Shown: positions 40,501-54,902, numbered from the stretch's first letter. The stretch is 64,000 nt of DNA from Octopus vulgaris (GCA_951406725.2 OX597817.1:87048001-87112000), one strand, 5' to 3'. Notes: a model not told the origin generated them from the letters alone. Translations and numbers: made by a program.

Positions 40501-40961
40501 TATGTGTTCATATGTGTGTAAGTGTGTGTGTGTATGTGTGTGTGTGTGTGTGTATGTGTGTGTGTGTGTGTGTGTTTGTACGTGTGCGTAAGTGTAAATT
40601 TTACACATGTATGTATGCGTCCAACGCAATATATTTCGATCGATCTATTCTGAACTATAATACCATAGCGTTCCATAGATAGTCAATAAATAGTTAGGAT
40701 TATTAAGTGCTTGGACATTATTTACACAAAGAATAGAGAAAGTACTTAAGCGACCGAGGAAAAAACACATCAAAAGCAATGCTTGCAAAAGTATCTGTTT
40801 GGCTCTGGGACAGGTTCTGTTTCTTTAACCCCGAACTCTCTTCTTGCTTCATTAATCAACTTCGACAAACTAGTCAGTAGTAATTGTATAACCCGACCGG
40901 TTCTCTAAACGAACAATTTTAATGATGAACGGTTTTTCTGTAGAAAATTAAACTCGCATAA

Positions 40962-41245
40962 CGAGCTGAAATTTGATCAACGAACTGCGAGCAGTTTACA
41001 CACTTGTATAGGTAACTGAAAGTCCATTCGCTTAGTGGGCTGAATTTCGGACAACAAACTATCAGTGAACTACGCACGTGCATAACTGATTGAAAGCCCA
41101 TTCGTCTAGGGAGCTGAAATTTGGACAACAAACTACGAATAGACTACGCATGTCTATAATTAAGTGGGAGTTCATTCACTTAGCGAGCTGAAATTTGAAC
41201 TACAAACCACGAATAGTCTACGCACACATATAAATGACTAAAGGC
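40962..41245. repeat. Degenerate ~74-bp tandem repeat, four units
   Basis: GCTGAAATTTG..CAAC.AACTAC at about 40964, 41039, 41113 and 41187. Confidence 0.8.
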
Positions 41246-42078
41246 ACAAAACTTCATCAATGCCGTGCTACTCGGCAGTGAGGTATATCTCTGAGATCAG
41301 TGTTAATGTTGCATGTAAAACGAAAGATTATTTAAATTACCTTCCGTTTAACTGTTGACACGTACAGCACTTTTCTGCACGCCATTATATATACACAACA
41401 CTTACTGCACAACACTGTGTACACAAGTAGTTATGTTCCTTCTGTGAAAGGAAAAGATGTTAGATATAATAGCGTTGAAAAAAATATAGATGAACAAATA
41501 TCATTGCACAAATATTTTTTTAATGTTTACATAAAATGTTTTGAGATACAATGTGTATTTTATAAAATGATATGTAAATTTGGTTTATGTCTTACCGTTC
41601 TCAAACACCGTACATAGTTTTTACATTAAATAATTTCGGTGACCCTCGACAATACTTTCTCCATAAAAATATCTGATTTTTAAAATTTTCTGAAAAATAA
41701 CTTTATATAAAGTAGCAGGCGCCACATATTGACGGGAAAATAGTAATATATTCTCTACTATGAATGACAGAAATAATTACTATAAATCGACCTTTCGGTA
41801 GTTGTTTCCTCTCACTGCTACTTCATTGGGTCCATGAACGTGGCACGTAACTTTAAAATGGCTGCGTACATTGAGCTCTAAATAGGTTTCCATAAGTTTG
41901 AAATTGAGAAAGCGTGAGAAAGAGAGAAGAGATAGAGGGGAAAGGACAGAAAAGGACAAAGCAGGTGATGAGATAAAGAAAGAGCGAATGGGAATGAAAA
42001 TGTTGAAGCGACATAGAGGGAAATAAAGAATGAAGTGTAGAGGGAAAAAATGCATGAGTGTGTAAGTGTATGTGTGTA

Positions 42079-42146
<68 letters not shown>

Positions 42147-43145
42147 GAAAATAAATATAAGGATAATGTGAGAGAAAAGAGTGATTGGAGAAAAGACAGG
42201 ACGGAAAGACAGATGTAAAAAAAATAAATATATTGACGTAAAGAGACGGAGAATAACGAGGAGACGAGAAATAAACTGGGATAAAAGCAGACGATAAAGA
42301 AATGAAGGAAAAAGGTGAGGTTTACATTTATTGGGCATTAAGGGAAGAAAAGAAATATCGATGATTCTAGATGTAAGGTAATAGAGGAAAGGATTAAAAG
42401 CCTTAAGAAGTGTTAATGAAAGAAATTTATTCCGTTTAGTGAGAGAAATTAAATGGTGGCTGCACCTCTGGTTGAAGCTTAGACAAAATGACAGTTTTAA
42501 AAACCACGGCAGTCTGATATTAGCCGACCCCTAACACATCGCGATAGTAGATTCTGGTTTATGAATCATTAGTTAAGACCACGCATAAGAAAGAAATTGG
42601 AGACGAAACAAGACAGAAGGTAAAGGGTAATGACAGAAGATTATAATATTGCTGCCAGCAAACCATTATTTATTCCTCTCACCACGTTGTGATCTTGTCT
42701 GGAAAAGTTTGGCAGGATAACATATTTGATAGATCACATAAAACAACTACGAAGGATGAACGCAAACCACTCAGGAATCCATTAATGTCAGGTCCAGTTG
42801 TACTGCTTAGAAGTTGTTGCTCCGAGACAATTAATTTCTGCTGTGATTTTCGTGTGTGTGCGCGGGTGTGTGTGTGTGTGATGGCATGTAAATGTGTGTG
42901 TGTGTGTGTATATATATACATATATGTAAGTATACATCATGTTTTATGTATTTGTGTGTATGAACTTGTGCGTGATTGTGTGTATATTTGTGTATAGATG
43001 TCATGTCGTATCCAAATCGATTGGTAGCTTGCAATAATGTCATGAACAGCTCACTCCTAATCTACAATTATTTCTATTATTTCTGCAGCTGCCACTGCTG
43101 CCACTGCATCTCCTCCTCCTCCTCCTCCTCCTCCTCCTCCTCCTC

Positions 43146-43193
<48 letters not shown>

Positions 43194-43204
43194 ATATTAA
43201 TGAC

Positions 43205-43365
43205 TTAAAATTTTGAAACCAGGCCAGCAATCTCAGGGTTGCGGCAAGTCGATTAGATTGACCCCAGTGTTCAACAGATATTTACCCCGAAAGGATGAAA
43301 GGCAAAGTCGACCGCAGCAGAATTTGAAATCAGAACGTAAATTCTGACGAAATGCCGTTAAGCAT
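43205..43365 (-). mobile_element. SINE family B, partial
   Basis: CCGAAAGGATGAAAGGCAAAGTCGACC. Confidence 0.85.
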
Positions 43366-43544
43366 TCTCTCTCAGTTGTCTGAAAGCGCACGATGGGAGT
43401 ATGCCCATGTACTGGGACTATGTTCACGCCTTTCTCCAAGCTTTACTATAGACAGAACTTCACTTTCTCTCTGTCTGTCTGTCTCTCTCTCACACACATA
43501 CACTCTCGCTCTCCCTCCCTGTCTTACGTGGCATGTAAAACAAA

Positions 43545-45515
43545 AAATTTCTCAAGGCTTGAACTAAGAGGAAATTGTCTGTCTGTAGCCCTTTTAGTGG
43601 AGTCTTCTAAACAACTTCTATTTTCATAAAAATAAGATACTGGGAATCTACCTGCTTTTCCCAGCCAAAAATCTGGCGATGAAGTGAACTTCACGATGAA
43701 CTCACCCGAATTCTAGATCAGCTCTTCACGTGACATGTTTCCTTCGATAAAAATCCATGATTCAGGAATAGTTAGATGCAAGATGTTTAAGTGGTAGATG
43801 ATTATCGCTCTTCGCATATCTTGGGGAGACTCAACAGATTGAACTTTCGTGTATCCAGAGTATATTTCGATCCAGCAACGTGTTTGATCGTCCTTCCAGG
43901 CTGATATTTCTGGAAGTTATCCATAGTACCTGGACAAATAGTTCTCCGGGACAGATCAGACAGCTGATGCGCATCGGTACTCAGTGTCATTCATCCTTAT
44001 CACAACATAATGTTAAGATGGAAGTTCCGCCATGCATATTGTGGTAACATTTCACATACGAGTCTCCCAACCAAGTATCTAGACTGTGGCTCTTTCAAGA
44101 TGACGAGCAGTGAGAAAACGTACTTGACAAAGGAACACCCCATTCGCACCACGTAGAATACTTTGTAGATACTGGTCTCATTGCATGCTTGCACATCATT
44201 TACCTCAGCAGACCGAGCAAACCATGCAGACTAGACAATGTTGGCATCTGATGGATCGTTTGTTTGGTGAGTGGCGTACCTTTTACAAGAAGTGAAAGGG
44301 TAGATGCTTCAGACAAGACACAGGGAAGGCAATAAGCTCAGGAGGTAATACATTACAGAAGCTACAGGTTTGCTATATCTGCTCGTTCTTTCAGGGACAG
44401 CCCTAGCTAAGCCTATTTCTGGGTGAAACTAGCCACTTTGCTCGTTGCCTTGATCCAGTTCATGTCTATATATGTATTTTCGGGACAAACCAAATCTCAA
44501 GAAACTTGGTCCATCAGTTCACCAACTCATGGCTCTTTCCAATGACATGAACTTGCCTTTTTATGTGCAGAGCTGTAATACCACCGACTGTCCAGGTTTA
44601 TATTTGCTCCTGTAACTACTTTGTTTTCCTTTAAAACGGTGATGATCACCTCGACTTCCGTAGTACATGACTATTACTTAGGTGCTATATACACGTACCT
44701 GAACGATATTCCAATATAACTGCTAGAACTGGATAATCTAACAACCTCCAGATTCTGTATGTACTGACTACAGAGTCCAGCACACACAGAAAAGTTGAGA
44801 AAATGCCTTGACAAAGTGAGCAGATTATAAATGTATAGGACCGGATAGGTAGCCGACTGGTTTGATTATCAAGCAGATGCAGCTCTAAGTAATTAGAAAC
44901 GAGACTGAAACTTTAACGTAAGTTTTCGATAGAACCAATTTGATGAGAACTCAACTGAAGCCACTTTGGACAGCCACCATCTCTCTATGATATATTGTCG
45001 TGAATAAATATTTTCAGGATTGTGCATGTTTGTGCTTTCAGGATCACACTACCGACCACCAGCTCCAAAATATGTGCTAGAAATATGAAGCTCTGTATTC
45101 AGTTAGCATCATGGAGCGAAAAGTATAAACAATGTCCTCCCTGATCAATTCTTCCTTCAATAGCGTTACTACTTGACTCTCAGAAATACACATCTGCTGC
45201 TACCAACAGCGTTGAACATCTGGCAACAAGATGGCGAGTAGTGTTTTACATACGTGCTCATAGGGTAGACCATCCGAACCAGGCGATTTCCGCCACGTAC
45301 ATCCACTTACTATAAACCGCATTTCAGCTGCTGGTATTGTTTCGCTCGTTTTCTATTTCAAAAAATCCCGTTCTTCGCCGAAAGCTGCAGCAGGTTGCCG
45401 TAACAGACGTTGAAATTGCTACCATCTTTGGTCTACACACCACCTCATTTATTTCAGCAAAATGGCCCTGAAAGATCACAGATTTCTGGTAATCGTGTCT
45501 TTCTCGCCCGTCGAC
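43545..45515 (-). mobile_element. Decayed Tx1/L1-like ORF2 (reverse transcriptase region and C-terminus)
   Basis: Remnants KSPGSDGLPYE (about 45260-45292), AQTC and IHDN; ACTATGGATAACTTCCAGAAA shared exactly with 60738-60758. Confidence 0.8.
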
Positions 45516-47079
45516 ATAGAGATACAGCTTTGGTACACACAGACACACGGACCCCCCCACACACACACACACAGACACATTCACACACACACATACGCAC
45601 ACGCGCGCAAACACATACCCACACACACACATACGCGTCATGAGAAATAAGTTGCTACTTATGAGTCATGTGTTGTAAAGTGTAACCGTATACTTGCTCA
45701 ACTGAACCATCAAAAGATGAATGTTTGAAACGTCTTTAGTCATGGCTATTGCTCAGTGTATCAGTACGGGAAGCGAACCACTAATCCTTCGGTTGGCAGC
45801 TCGACATCGCTTCAATATATATTGCTAGATAACCAGTTTGAGCCTGCGTATCTAAATATCTCCTGCTCTTGTTCTCTACTTGTTAACTTCACTGAAACCT
45901 TACTAATGATCCACTCCCTGAATGTTTACATTAAATGTACAAAACAGCTGAAGGCACTCATTGACTGCGGACAGTCTTTAATCAGATGAGATTTACTGCT
46001 CATTCGGTGTAATTAAGGGAACGAATTAACGATAAGTAACTTAATTTTCCTCGCCGCCACTTACACCAGTTAACTGTGTTAATGATGACAAATTAATGAT
46101 AATTTGATAACGCCCTCCCCACTATATTACTAGTGTTAATTGTTTCTTTCGTGGGTAGAAGACTGAGATTTATAGGGTAAGAGGAAGGTAGGGATATTAA
46201 AGGATTTCTGTAGGAGTATTAACAACATATGGAGACTGAAATTGTTGCGATCTGTAATCACTAAGTAATTCTGAAATTAGAAATAGGTTGCCTGTGACCT
46301 GTTTCCTATCTACGGCACATATAGCAATCGTTATATATTCAAATAGCGGCATAGTTCATTAATTCGGCAGTAGAGTAACAGGATTATCATCATAAAAGAA
46401 TCTGTAGAAGTTTTAGGGTTGCTGTGTAGTTCAAGGTCAGCTCTGATCGAACAGATATGTAATAGGAGTGCTTTACAGTAGAACACCAAGTAGTAGTAAT
46501 TTTCTACTGTCAATGAATTCAGTTTGTAATTCTAGAAATACATATTAATCATAACAGTCCCACGATATTACAGCTGTGAACTCTTTAGAGGTAAGTGGGT
46601 TAGACAAGCCTCATTCAAGACAAAGTATAAAGTTCATGTATTTTACTAGTATATCAATGAATGTGCGTGGTCAAAACCAAAATCGAATGGAACACACAAC
46701 CCGATAACTTCGTTGATGTATAGTTTGAAGTGAACAATTGAAATACCTTAATATAATGTAAGGCATTTTCAAACTACGTTTATATACTTAACTTTTTCTA
46801 TCTTAAATCAATTAACTCCTGCAGAATGCATGAACGTAACGAGTATGTTTTATAAATATGATTAACGAATATGTTTTAAGCTTGAGCTGATAAGTTCAAA
46901 TTTTCTTAAACGTTTGTGAAGGCAAACGCTAGACAAATCGGTACTGAACCCTAAAACAAAGATTACAATCTCTCATTGACTCCAGGCTTTTATTGTGATT
47001 ATGGACTGCTGATGTATAGCAGTCCCTGTGGAAAGGTGTGTCGCTGGTGTTACAGCAGTCCCTTAGACGGCTGATCATT

Positions 47080-47325
47080 GACCTATCCAGAAGACTTAGA
47101 TATTATCTATCTAGAGAACTTATGTATTACCTACTCAGAGGGAAAGTATATTATCTACCTGGAGGGCTTAGATAAGTCCTCTGGGTTCATAAAAATGTTC
47201 CCAGAGGACTTCTCTAATACTTACCCAGAGGAAAAATCTAGCACCTACCTAGAGAACGTAACTATTATCTATCCAGGGGACTGACTTATTTTCTAACCGG
47301 AGGACTTAACTATCATCTACCTAAG
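47080..47325 (+). repeat. Degenerate 24-bp in-frame tandem repeat
   Basis: Units approximately TATCCAGAGGACTTAGATATTATC; translate as YPEDLDII-like octapeptides. Confidence 0.75.
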
Positions 47326-48019
47326 CATCTACGAAATCTTTCACATTTCAGGATCGACGGAAACAATGCAAAAATAAAGTTGTGTCCATGTGTAGTTGTT
47401 CAAATGCAAATTCAACTGTATCGATCTCACAGTCTCGTATTGTCAAGGCCAAGAACAGTCATGGTCTAAAATTGTTAGGGACCCTTCAGTCCGACTTAAC
47501 ACTTCAGTACATTAACGTGCATCTCCAGGGTCTTTTTTTTATCCATAGAAGGCTAACTTATCGAATAACTTAACGTAAGTACTTTATTTATCAAGTTTTT
47601 TCGACGAAGAAAAATACAAATTGACGTCAAGCGGGCTTGAACTCAGATAAGTTATAGTATTTTGCCAGACTCTCTAAATAATAGTATTTATAACACTGCC
47701 AAAATAAACGGGCATAGACTCATGAGATTAAAGCCTAATGGTCTCTATGATTAATGAGAACACAATAAAAGAAGGAATTTTGATTGGAAAATTTAGGTAG
47801 TTGTTTAGGGAGATGAATTATGATCGCTAAATTTTATTGATTTTTCTAAACTGATATCGATAAGAAAAACACGATGACATATATTTTAAATCTCTCTTTC
47901 TTTAAACAGGATATAACTGAATAACCAGACTGAATATATTACTCGTAGTTATTTAGTCAATTCCAGAAGCGGATGAACTTAAATATCCGACAACGTTATA
48001 ACTCATGGACTTGAAGAAC

Positions 48020-48920
48020 ATAACTAAATGGTTTATTACTGTGGATTATTCTGTACATCATTCATGATATCAAAATCTTGTCTCTTCATTTTCATATTTG
48101 TCGCAAAACGAAGTTTAAATTTCACAAATCCATTAGCAACGAGTATTTCAAATACAATGAATAAATTATTAAAGCTATTAACACAGAGCTTTTCACAGAC
48201 ATTCCTAAACTAAGGAAGATCCATTATTATCGAATATTTGAAGGAAACCAATAGTTACAACTCCCTCGAGTTTAATATGACTTTTCAAGTTCTACTTCCA
48301 GAATTATTAAAATTTAACCTGACAGCATTGCTACTCTTACTCTCTTACTCATTATTCCGGCTATCTACAAAATAACCCCGCCTCCACATATTCTTGTTAA
48401 CACTTTCCATGATCAAAAGCTAAATATATACTATCAATAAATTAAAGATTACCAGACAGTATACACTTAGTGTATATAATTAATGATTCACTGGCTTTCT
48501 TTTACACGAACATATAAGAGAAAGTGTTAACCCAATGATTTTGAAGAAAGAAAATTTCTAAATTAGTATAAATGTATATTTGTAGATAGCAGAAAGAGAC
48601 TTCCAACCACTTTTACAAGCGCGAACTTTCCAAACATAATGAAATCAGCAATTAATAACGTCTAGCAGGACTTAATATTAGTTTAGACATTAAGGAACCC
48701 TCATACACCTACCAACTTAATTAAAACTGACACATCATTAATAGAGGAAACAACCAATATACTATACTGGTTAAAAGTTATTTCAGAATTCTGCAACCTT
48801 TATAGTATTATTAGCTTTATTCAAACTATAGAACTCTAATTAAACCATAACCATTTAGAGAATCATAAAGTCTAATTAAGTCAACATTTAAAGTGCTGAG
48901 GCAATCATATAGGAAACGAA
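48020..48920 (+). pseudogene. Possible ancient Penelope-like RT/GIY-YIG remnant
   Basis: Broken SLFT.IP, YKC.C and LKVLEAI-like motifs in the expected order. Confidence 0.3.
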
Positions 48921-49064
48921 GTGGACACGTGAAATATATCATAGATTTTCACTACGTGTTTCACTGTATCGTGTTCAGTTACTTTATCGAATACAAGTCG
49001 TTATTTGATTTGACTGCACACCTATGTTAGTCTATGTGAGGCAGTACTTAATTTTCTAATATTA

Positions 49065-49488
49065 GTTTTAAATTTTTGCACATGGCCAGCAGGTTCGGAG
49101 GTGGGGCTAGTTGATTTCTTCGACCCCAGTTTTATCGAACCGGAAAGGGATGAATGGCAAAGTCGACCTCGGTAGAATTTGAACTCAGAACACGGAGACA
49201 GTAGAAATGCGGCTCTTTTCGCCCGGCGTGCTAATGATTCTGCCAGCTCGCCGCTTCGTTTAATTTTATAATATTAATTTCAAATTTTGGCAAAAGGACA
49301 GTAAGTTCAGGAGTGTAGCTAAATCGATTATGTCAACCCCAGTGTTTAACTAGTCTTTATTTTATCGGCCCTGAAACGATGAAAGGCAGAGTCGGCTTCG
49401 GGGGAATTTCAACTCAGAACATTAAGACAGACGAAATGCCGCTATGCAATTCGCCGGGCGTGCTTACGATTCTGCCAGTTCCCGCCTT
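49065..49488 (-). mobile_element. Two family B SINEs in tandem
   Basis: Heads at about 49255 and 49487; TTAATTTT.TAATATTA occurs before, between and after them. Confidence 0.88.
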
Positions 49489-49741
49489 GCTTAATTTTAT
49501 AATATTAATATCATTAATATTAATATTTTGATTTATCATTAATTTAGTTCTGTGTACCTACGTGCATATATACATAAGCGTGTATATATGTTTGTAACTA
49601 TATGTGTATATATACATGAATGTATGCATATAAATGCGCACACATATAGATGCAGTGATAGAGAAAGAAAGAAAAGGAGCAATTAAGCAATGCTAGAAAT
49701 ACCATGTCAAGGGATTAAAAGATTAAATCTAATCATGCATT

Positions 49742-49791
<50 letters not shown>

Positions 49792-50462
49792 CGTGTGACG
49801 CTCATTTGTATATGAATGTCCATGTGTTGTGCTGCTAACGCGTTCCCGTGGCTGTAAATAAATGTCACGCACTTCCATCAACATTCGCATAGATGCACAA
49901 CCATACACGCTCACATGCAATCAAATATGCGCGCGCGCACGCACACACACACACACTCGCACAAACGCATACACATACAGAACAGACACTTCATCATTAT
50001 CATATGATATGTAAGAGCGAAGCTGTCGGATGCATATATGTATTTTTATATCGCACTTTGAATTCCTTGAATTCTTGCCATTCTTCAATGTTGGCACTAT
50101 CAACACTTTTAATACATTTACCTCTTTATTTCTGCAACATTACCGTTTTTCGCCGCTCATTTACTCTTCATTTTAATGCATTAGAATTGCACTTTGATTC
50201 CACATATAACTAATCAATCTACACTGGATTGATATGAAAATAATTGACAGCAGCGGCAAACGGTAAATTTGCTGCTCGGTGTTTTAATTGTCATTGTTGT
50301 TCGTGTTGCTATATATTATCTTTATCTATCACATCCATACATTTTATTTTAAATTCGTTATACACACACACAGACATATAGACACATACACACACACAAA
50401 CACACACATATGTATGTGTTTGTGTATGTGTGTGTGTATGTGTCTGTGTGTGCGCGCGAGTG

Positions 50463-50499
<37 letters not shown>

Positions 50500-50559
50500 C
50501 ACACACACACCGGTCATATTAGGGCATCGCCTAGAAGAATTTTTAGTCGAATGACTCGA

Positions 50560-51390
50560 CAAAATTACTTTAAGAGGACTGCAACTTGGCACCTAGAAAG
50601 GCCGGTAATTTCTGTCATTGGAATGTACTCATTGTCAATGTACTTGGGGTCTAGTTCGAACTGATTTTCTAGGTAGATAGAAACTGGGAAAAGGTAGCGA
50701 GCAGGGCGATCAGTCTCACTAAGAAATAGGCCGAGAGGAATCCATCCCTGAACGAACGGGCTGAAGTAGCTGACACCTACATCGCTTCGGTTTGCCTATT
50801 ACTGCCTGAACGCTGGACCGTGTCGTCAGAAGCATTTGACTAGATAAAAGCCTTTAGTCATGCAGAAAAGACAGGCTCCACTGGTTAAGAAAACCTTCTG
50901 CTGCCAACGCACGCTCTATGGTGATGTCGACGCGCAAGTACGCACTTGACTACTGCAAGTAGCGCACTTGGCCACTGTAAGAACTACGACGAGAGAAGAG
51001 AAGGTGCGCTAGATTGGACACTTTTCGCCGACACACCGTTCCACAGCCAGCATCCTTGACTTACTTGTGTAATGATTCAAGCACAGATCGAGGTTGAGTG
51101 TTAGTCATCGAGAAGGCTGCTAGGCTGATACTGGTTTCCACTAGTTGGATAATAGAATGGGTCACAAAAACAACACTCACATTCTATGGTGGATTATGAG
51201 CAAACAAGGACGATCTTGTGCATTGACAAAGGCAATTTGAGCTGTGTCGTTGTGTCGTCTAGTGGACTTCCAAGCAAGGCCGGATTTATAGGGTTTCGAA
51301 GAGGGCGATTGCCCTGGGCATGCAATACATATAGCGCCCTCCTGCTTTGAAGGGTATATAGCACTCAATACAGGAGGGACCGCCTCTCAG
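50560..51390 (+). mobile_element. Decayed Tx1-like ORF2 fragment
   Basis: Collinear with 60080-60800 (GGCCGAGAGGAA, ACCTACATCGCTTC, TTCCAAGCAAGGCC region). Confidence 0.7.
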
Positions 51391-52774
51391 CAATCTTGCA
51401 TGCAGAGGCGTTCTTTCAATAACTAACCATAACAATGTAATGGGTCCTCTTTTTAAATAAATAACCATAGTTTTAACTACATTAGTGACATCGATTCATT
51501 CAATTAAAGTCACTTTCCTACCCATTTCCAAAGCAGTCACAATTCACATGGAAATTAATTGTAGTTCCTTTTGGGACATTGACAGAAAACAACAAAACAC
51601 TCCAAAAAATGTATGTATGTATCTGTGAGTATGTGTATGTGTTTGTGTGTGTCTGTGTGTGTGTGTGTTGTTTATGTGTGTGAGAGGGAGTATGGGTGTA
51701 TATAGAGATAGATAAAGAGATTGAAAGAAGTTATAGGATTTAGTTCAGATTCCTTCTTTCAATGCATGACTGAGCATAGTGACTTTAGATCGACCATCGG
51801 CCATTAAAGACACACACATACACATACACCTACCCACTTTCACACACACACACATACACAAATACGCACGCACATATATTGCCATTGTAAACTTAATTAT
51901 TTCACCGAGGCATTGAAAACTGGTCTTATTTTACAAAAGAGCAAGTAAGTAATATGTTCCAAAATTTAAATTTTCAATTTAGTTTTAATTGTAAAACTAC
52001 AACAGCTCAAAACATTTTTTTCAGCTTTAGAATTATTGCTTTTATGTTCACATGATTTCATTAAAGTGAATCTTTTTCTTTCTTTCCTTTTTCTTTCTTC
52101 CTGTCGCTGAGAAGGGCAACCGATCCTCTTCTGCCTGGTGGCTATCGTCAAAGAAGTTGTAGATAGACGCCTTTGAAGGGCTTGAGGACTGGAATACTAA
52201 GGAAATTTTAAGGTTTGATGAGAGTTACTTTCATGTGTGAATGTGAATGGAAAAACTGACGAGGGTTGATGAACCTATTTCTAGAATTGAGAGAAGAAAC
52301 TAGGAGGGATTACTTGTAATGCCTCTTATGCTCCGAGTAAACTTTGAGTTTGTGCATAGTTTTCATCCGATTTGCCCCAGATAGTGATCCCGATTATTGA
52401 GGATGCTATCTTGAGGATATTCTATTGTTATATCTAGTGTTTTGTTGATATTTTCTTCTCCTTACTCGAGTGAAACCTCACTTTAGATTTTATTGCGAAG
52501 TTGTATTGTACCCTAATGTCTTGGGCCCAACGTATGGCCAACATAAAGAATTGTCATTATTAATACCGTACAAGGGGATCCATTACGCTAAGGGTGGTGA
52601 GAGAGAAGCGTAATCGTGTTTGGTATGTTGGCTGCGGTGACATTAATGATGATAATGGTACGTGAAAACAGAGAAACGGAGACAAACAGACAAAGAGGGA
52701 AGAAAGTGTGAGAGGATTAAAATATTGATTGACGGAGAGGGAAAAAAGTGCATGTGCATTATATAAAAACCTCA

Positions 52775-53070
52775 CCCTATTCAAGCCTAGCCAGGCTCAT
52801 GGGCCCGGTTTCCCGGTTTCTGTGGCGTATTTGTTCCCCCAGCTGGACGGGACGCCAGTCAATCGCAGCGTTACTAAAGAAACAAGAAGAGAGAGTGAGA
52901 GAAAGTTGTGGCGAAAGAGTACAACAGGGGTCGCCACCACCCCCTGCCGGAGCCTCGTGGAGCTTTTAGGTGTTTTCGCTCAATAAACACACACAACGCC
53001 CGGTCTGGGAATCTAAACCACGATCCTCCGACCACGAGTTCGCTGTCCTAAACACTAAGCCATTGCGCCT
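52775..53070 (-). mobile_element. SINE family C
   Basis: Middle nearly identical to 3745-3915; tail as in 21388. Confidence 0.88.
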
Positions 53071-53389
53071 GACGTGCATATATATACATATCCAATATAA
53101 ACGCGCAGAAACATGTGTATGTAGTTTTTTGTGTTCGTATGTTTTTATGTGTAGTTTTTATGTTTGTATGTGTGTATGTAAGTACGCATGTATATATATG
53201 TGTATGAATTGTTGGACTGATGGATAGATGGATGGGTGGATATGTGTTTGTGTGCGTGCGTGCGTAAGTGTGTGTGTGTATCTGATGATCTGAGGTCTGT
53301 AGGCACCTGTTGTCATTGTGGTGGTGGAGAGGAAAGCAAATTGCGAGCAAAAGAGATGGATACAGTTGAAGAGGATGTTGTGATAGGTG

Positions 53390-53456
<67 letters not shown>

Positions 53457-53703
53457 CCACAAGCACGAATAACCAGATAGATATAATAGTGTGTTCTGCT
53501 GATGACGTCGGTATGGTTAGATAAATGGAGGCAGTGTTTATAAGCAGTAACGATTTGATGGTGAACATTAAAATTATTTTAGGATTGTTGAAAGAATAAT
53601 GTATACAGCCAGTGTTCTAAATCATTGTATCTATAGAACGAAATGGAAAACTTAGTCTATATATGGCATTATTCCGCTACGAAGCATCGGCGTGATAATT
53701 CAC

Positions 53704-54111
53704 TTTTACTCTTTTACTTGTTTCAGTCATTTGACTGAGGCCATACTGGAGCAACGCCATTAGTCGAGAAAATCGACCCCAGGACTTATTCTTTGTAAGC
53801 CTAGTACTTATCCTATCGGTCACTTTTGCCGAACCGCTAAGTTACGGAGACGTAAACACACCACCATCGGTTGTCAAGCGATGTTGGGGGGACAAACAGA
53901 GTCATACAAACATATATACACACATACATACATATATATACATATATACGGCTTGCTTCTTTCAGTTTCCGTCAACGAAATCCACTCACAAATCTTTGGT
54001 CGGCCCGAGGCTATAGTAGAAAACACTTGCCTAAGGTGCCACGCAGTGGGACTGAACCTGGAACCATGTGGTTGGTAAGCAAGCTACTTACTACACAGCC
54101 AGTCCTACGCC
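53704..54111 (-). mobile_element. Full-length SINE family A
   Basis: Head GGCGTAGGACTGGCTGTGTAG on the minus strand through the GAGTAAAA tail. Confidence 0.92.
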
Positions 54112-54270
54112 TTCATACTCTCAATTGAAATTTATTTTCCAATCTGAAAAAGTGCGTGTCGCTTGAGCTAACAGTACCAATAAACGAAGTAAGTACCATA
54201 TTAAGCTATGTGTTTCTTTAAAATTTCATATTCATACTTATGTGCTTACATGCTTTTGGTACATCCATGC

Positions 54271-54342
<72 letters not shown>

Positions 54343-54839
54343 AGTATGTGAAAGAATGGAGTTGAACGACTAGTTAACAAATATCCTTTATTCTCGACAT
54401 ATGATTCGAAGGCTGCATATTCCTAATTCCGAAGGAATAAGGAGTACATTATGCAGATTTCTCATCAGGAAAATCAATTATCGCCATGGGCTCCTTGAGA
54501 GCGGTCAGCTAAAAGTGTTTTGTGCATTTTGGTGTCGACATAAGCTCCTTGATTTTCCTGATGAGAAATCTGCATAGTGTACTCCTTATTCCTTCGGAAT
54601 TAGGAATATGCAGCCTTCGAAACATATGTCGAGAATAAAGGATATTTGTTAACTAGTCGTTCAACTCCATTCTTTCATATATTTATAATTTTAAAATAAA
54701 CATACAAATTTCCGCACGAAGACACGTAGTCTATGCCCTAGGGACGTAGCTTCAACCGTGTTCTTTCTGATGTGAATTTGCTACCCAGGTATCGGTTATC
54801 TTTCGAATTATCCTTAATAAGATAATTCATTCAATTACT

Positions 54840-54843
<4 letters not shown>
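54343..54843 (+). mobile_element. Penelope-type inverted terminal module with hammerhead ribozyme
   Basis: About 54345-54477 is inverted relative to about 54549-54681; homologous to 5455-6092; embedded in (TA)n. Confidence 0.8.
54547..54641 (+). ncRNA. Type I hammerhead ribozyme (predicted GUC cleavage after 54630)
   Basis: ccttgattttc-CTGATGA-gaa..ctgcata..tatgcag..ttc-GAAA-C-ATAT-G-TC-gagaataaagg; all three stems pair. Confidence 0.82.

Positions 54844-54902
<59 letters not shown>

Noticed and set aside
45324-45641. Apparent mariner-like ORF
   Set aside because: Collinear with the decayed Tx1-like ORF2 just upstream of its KSPG.DGLPYE motif
53498-53540. CTGATGA hammerhead core word
   Set aside because: No matching GAAA or stems nearby
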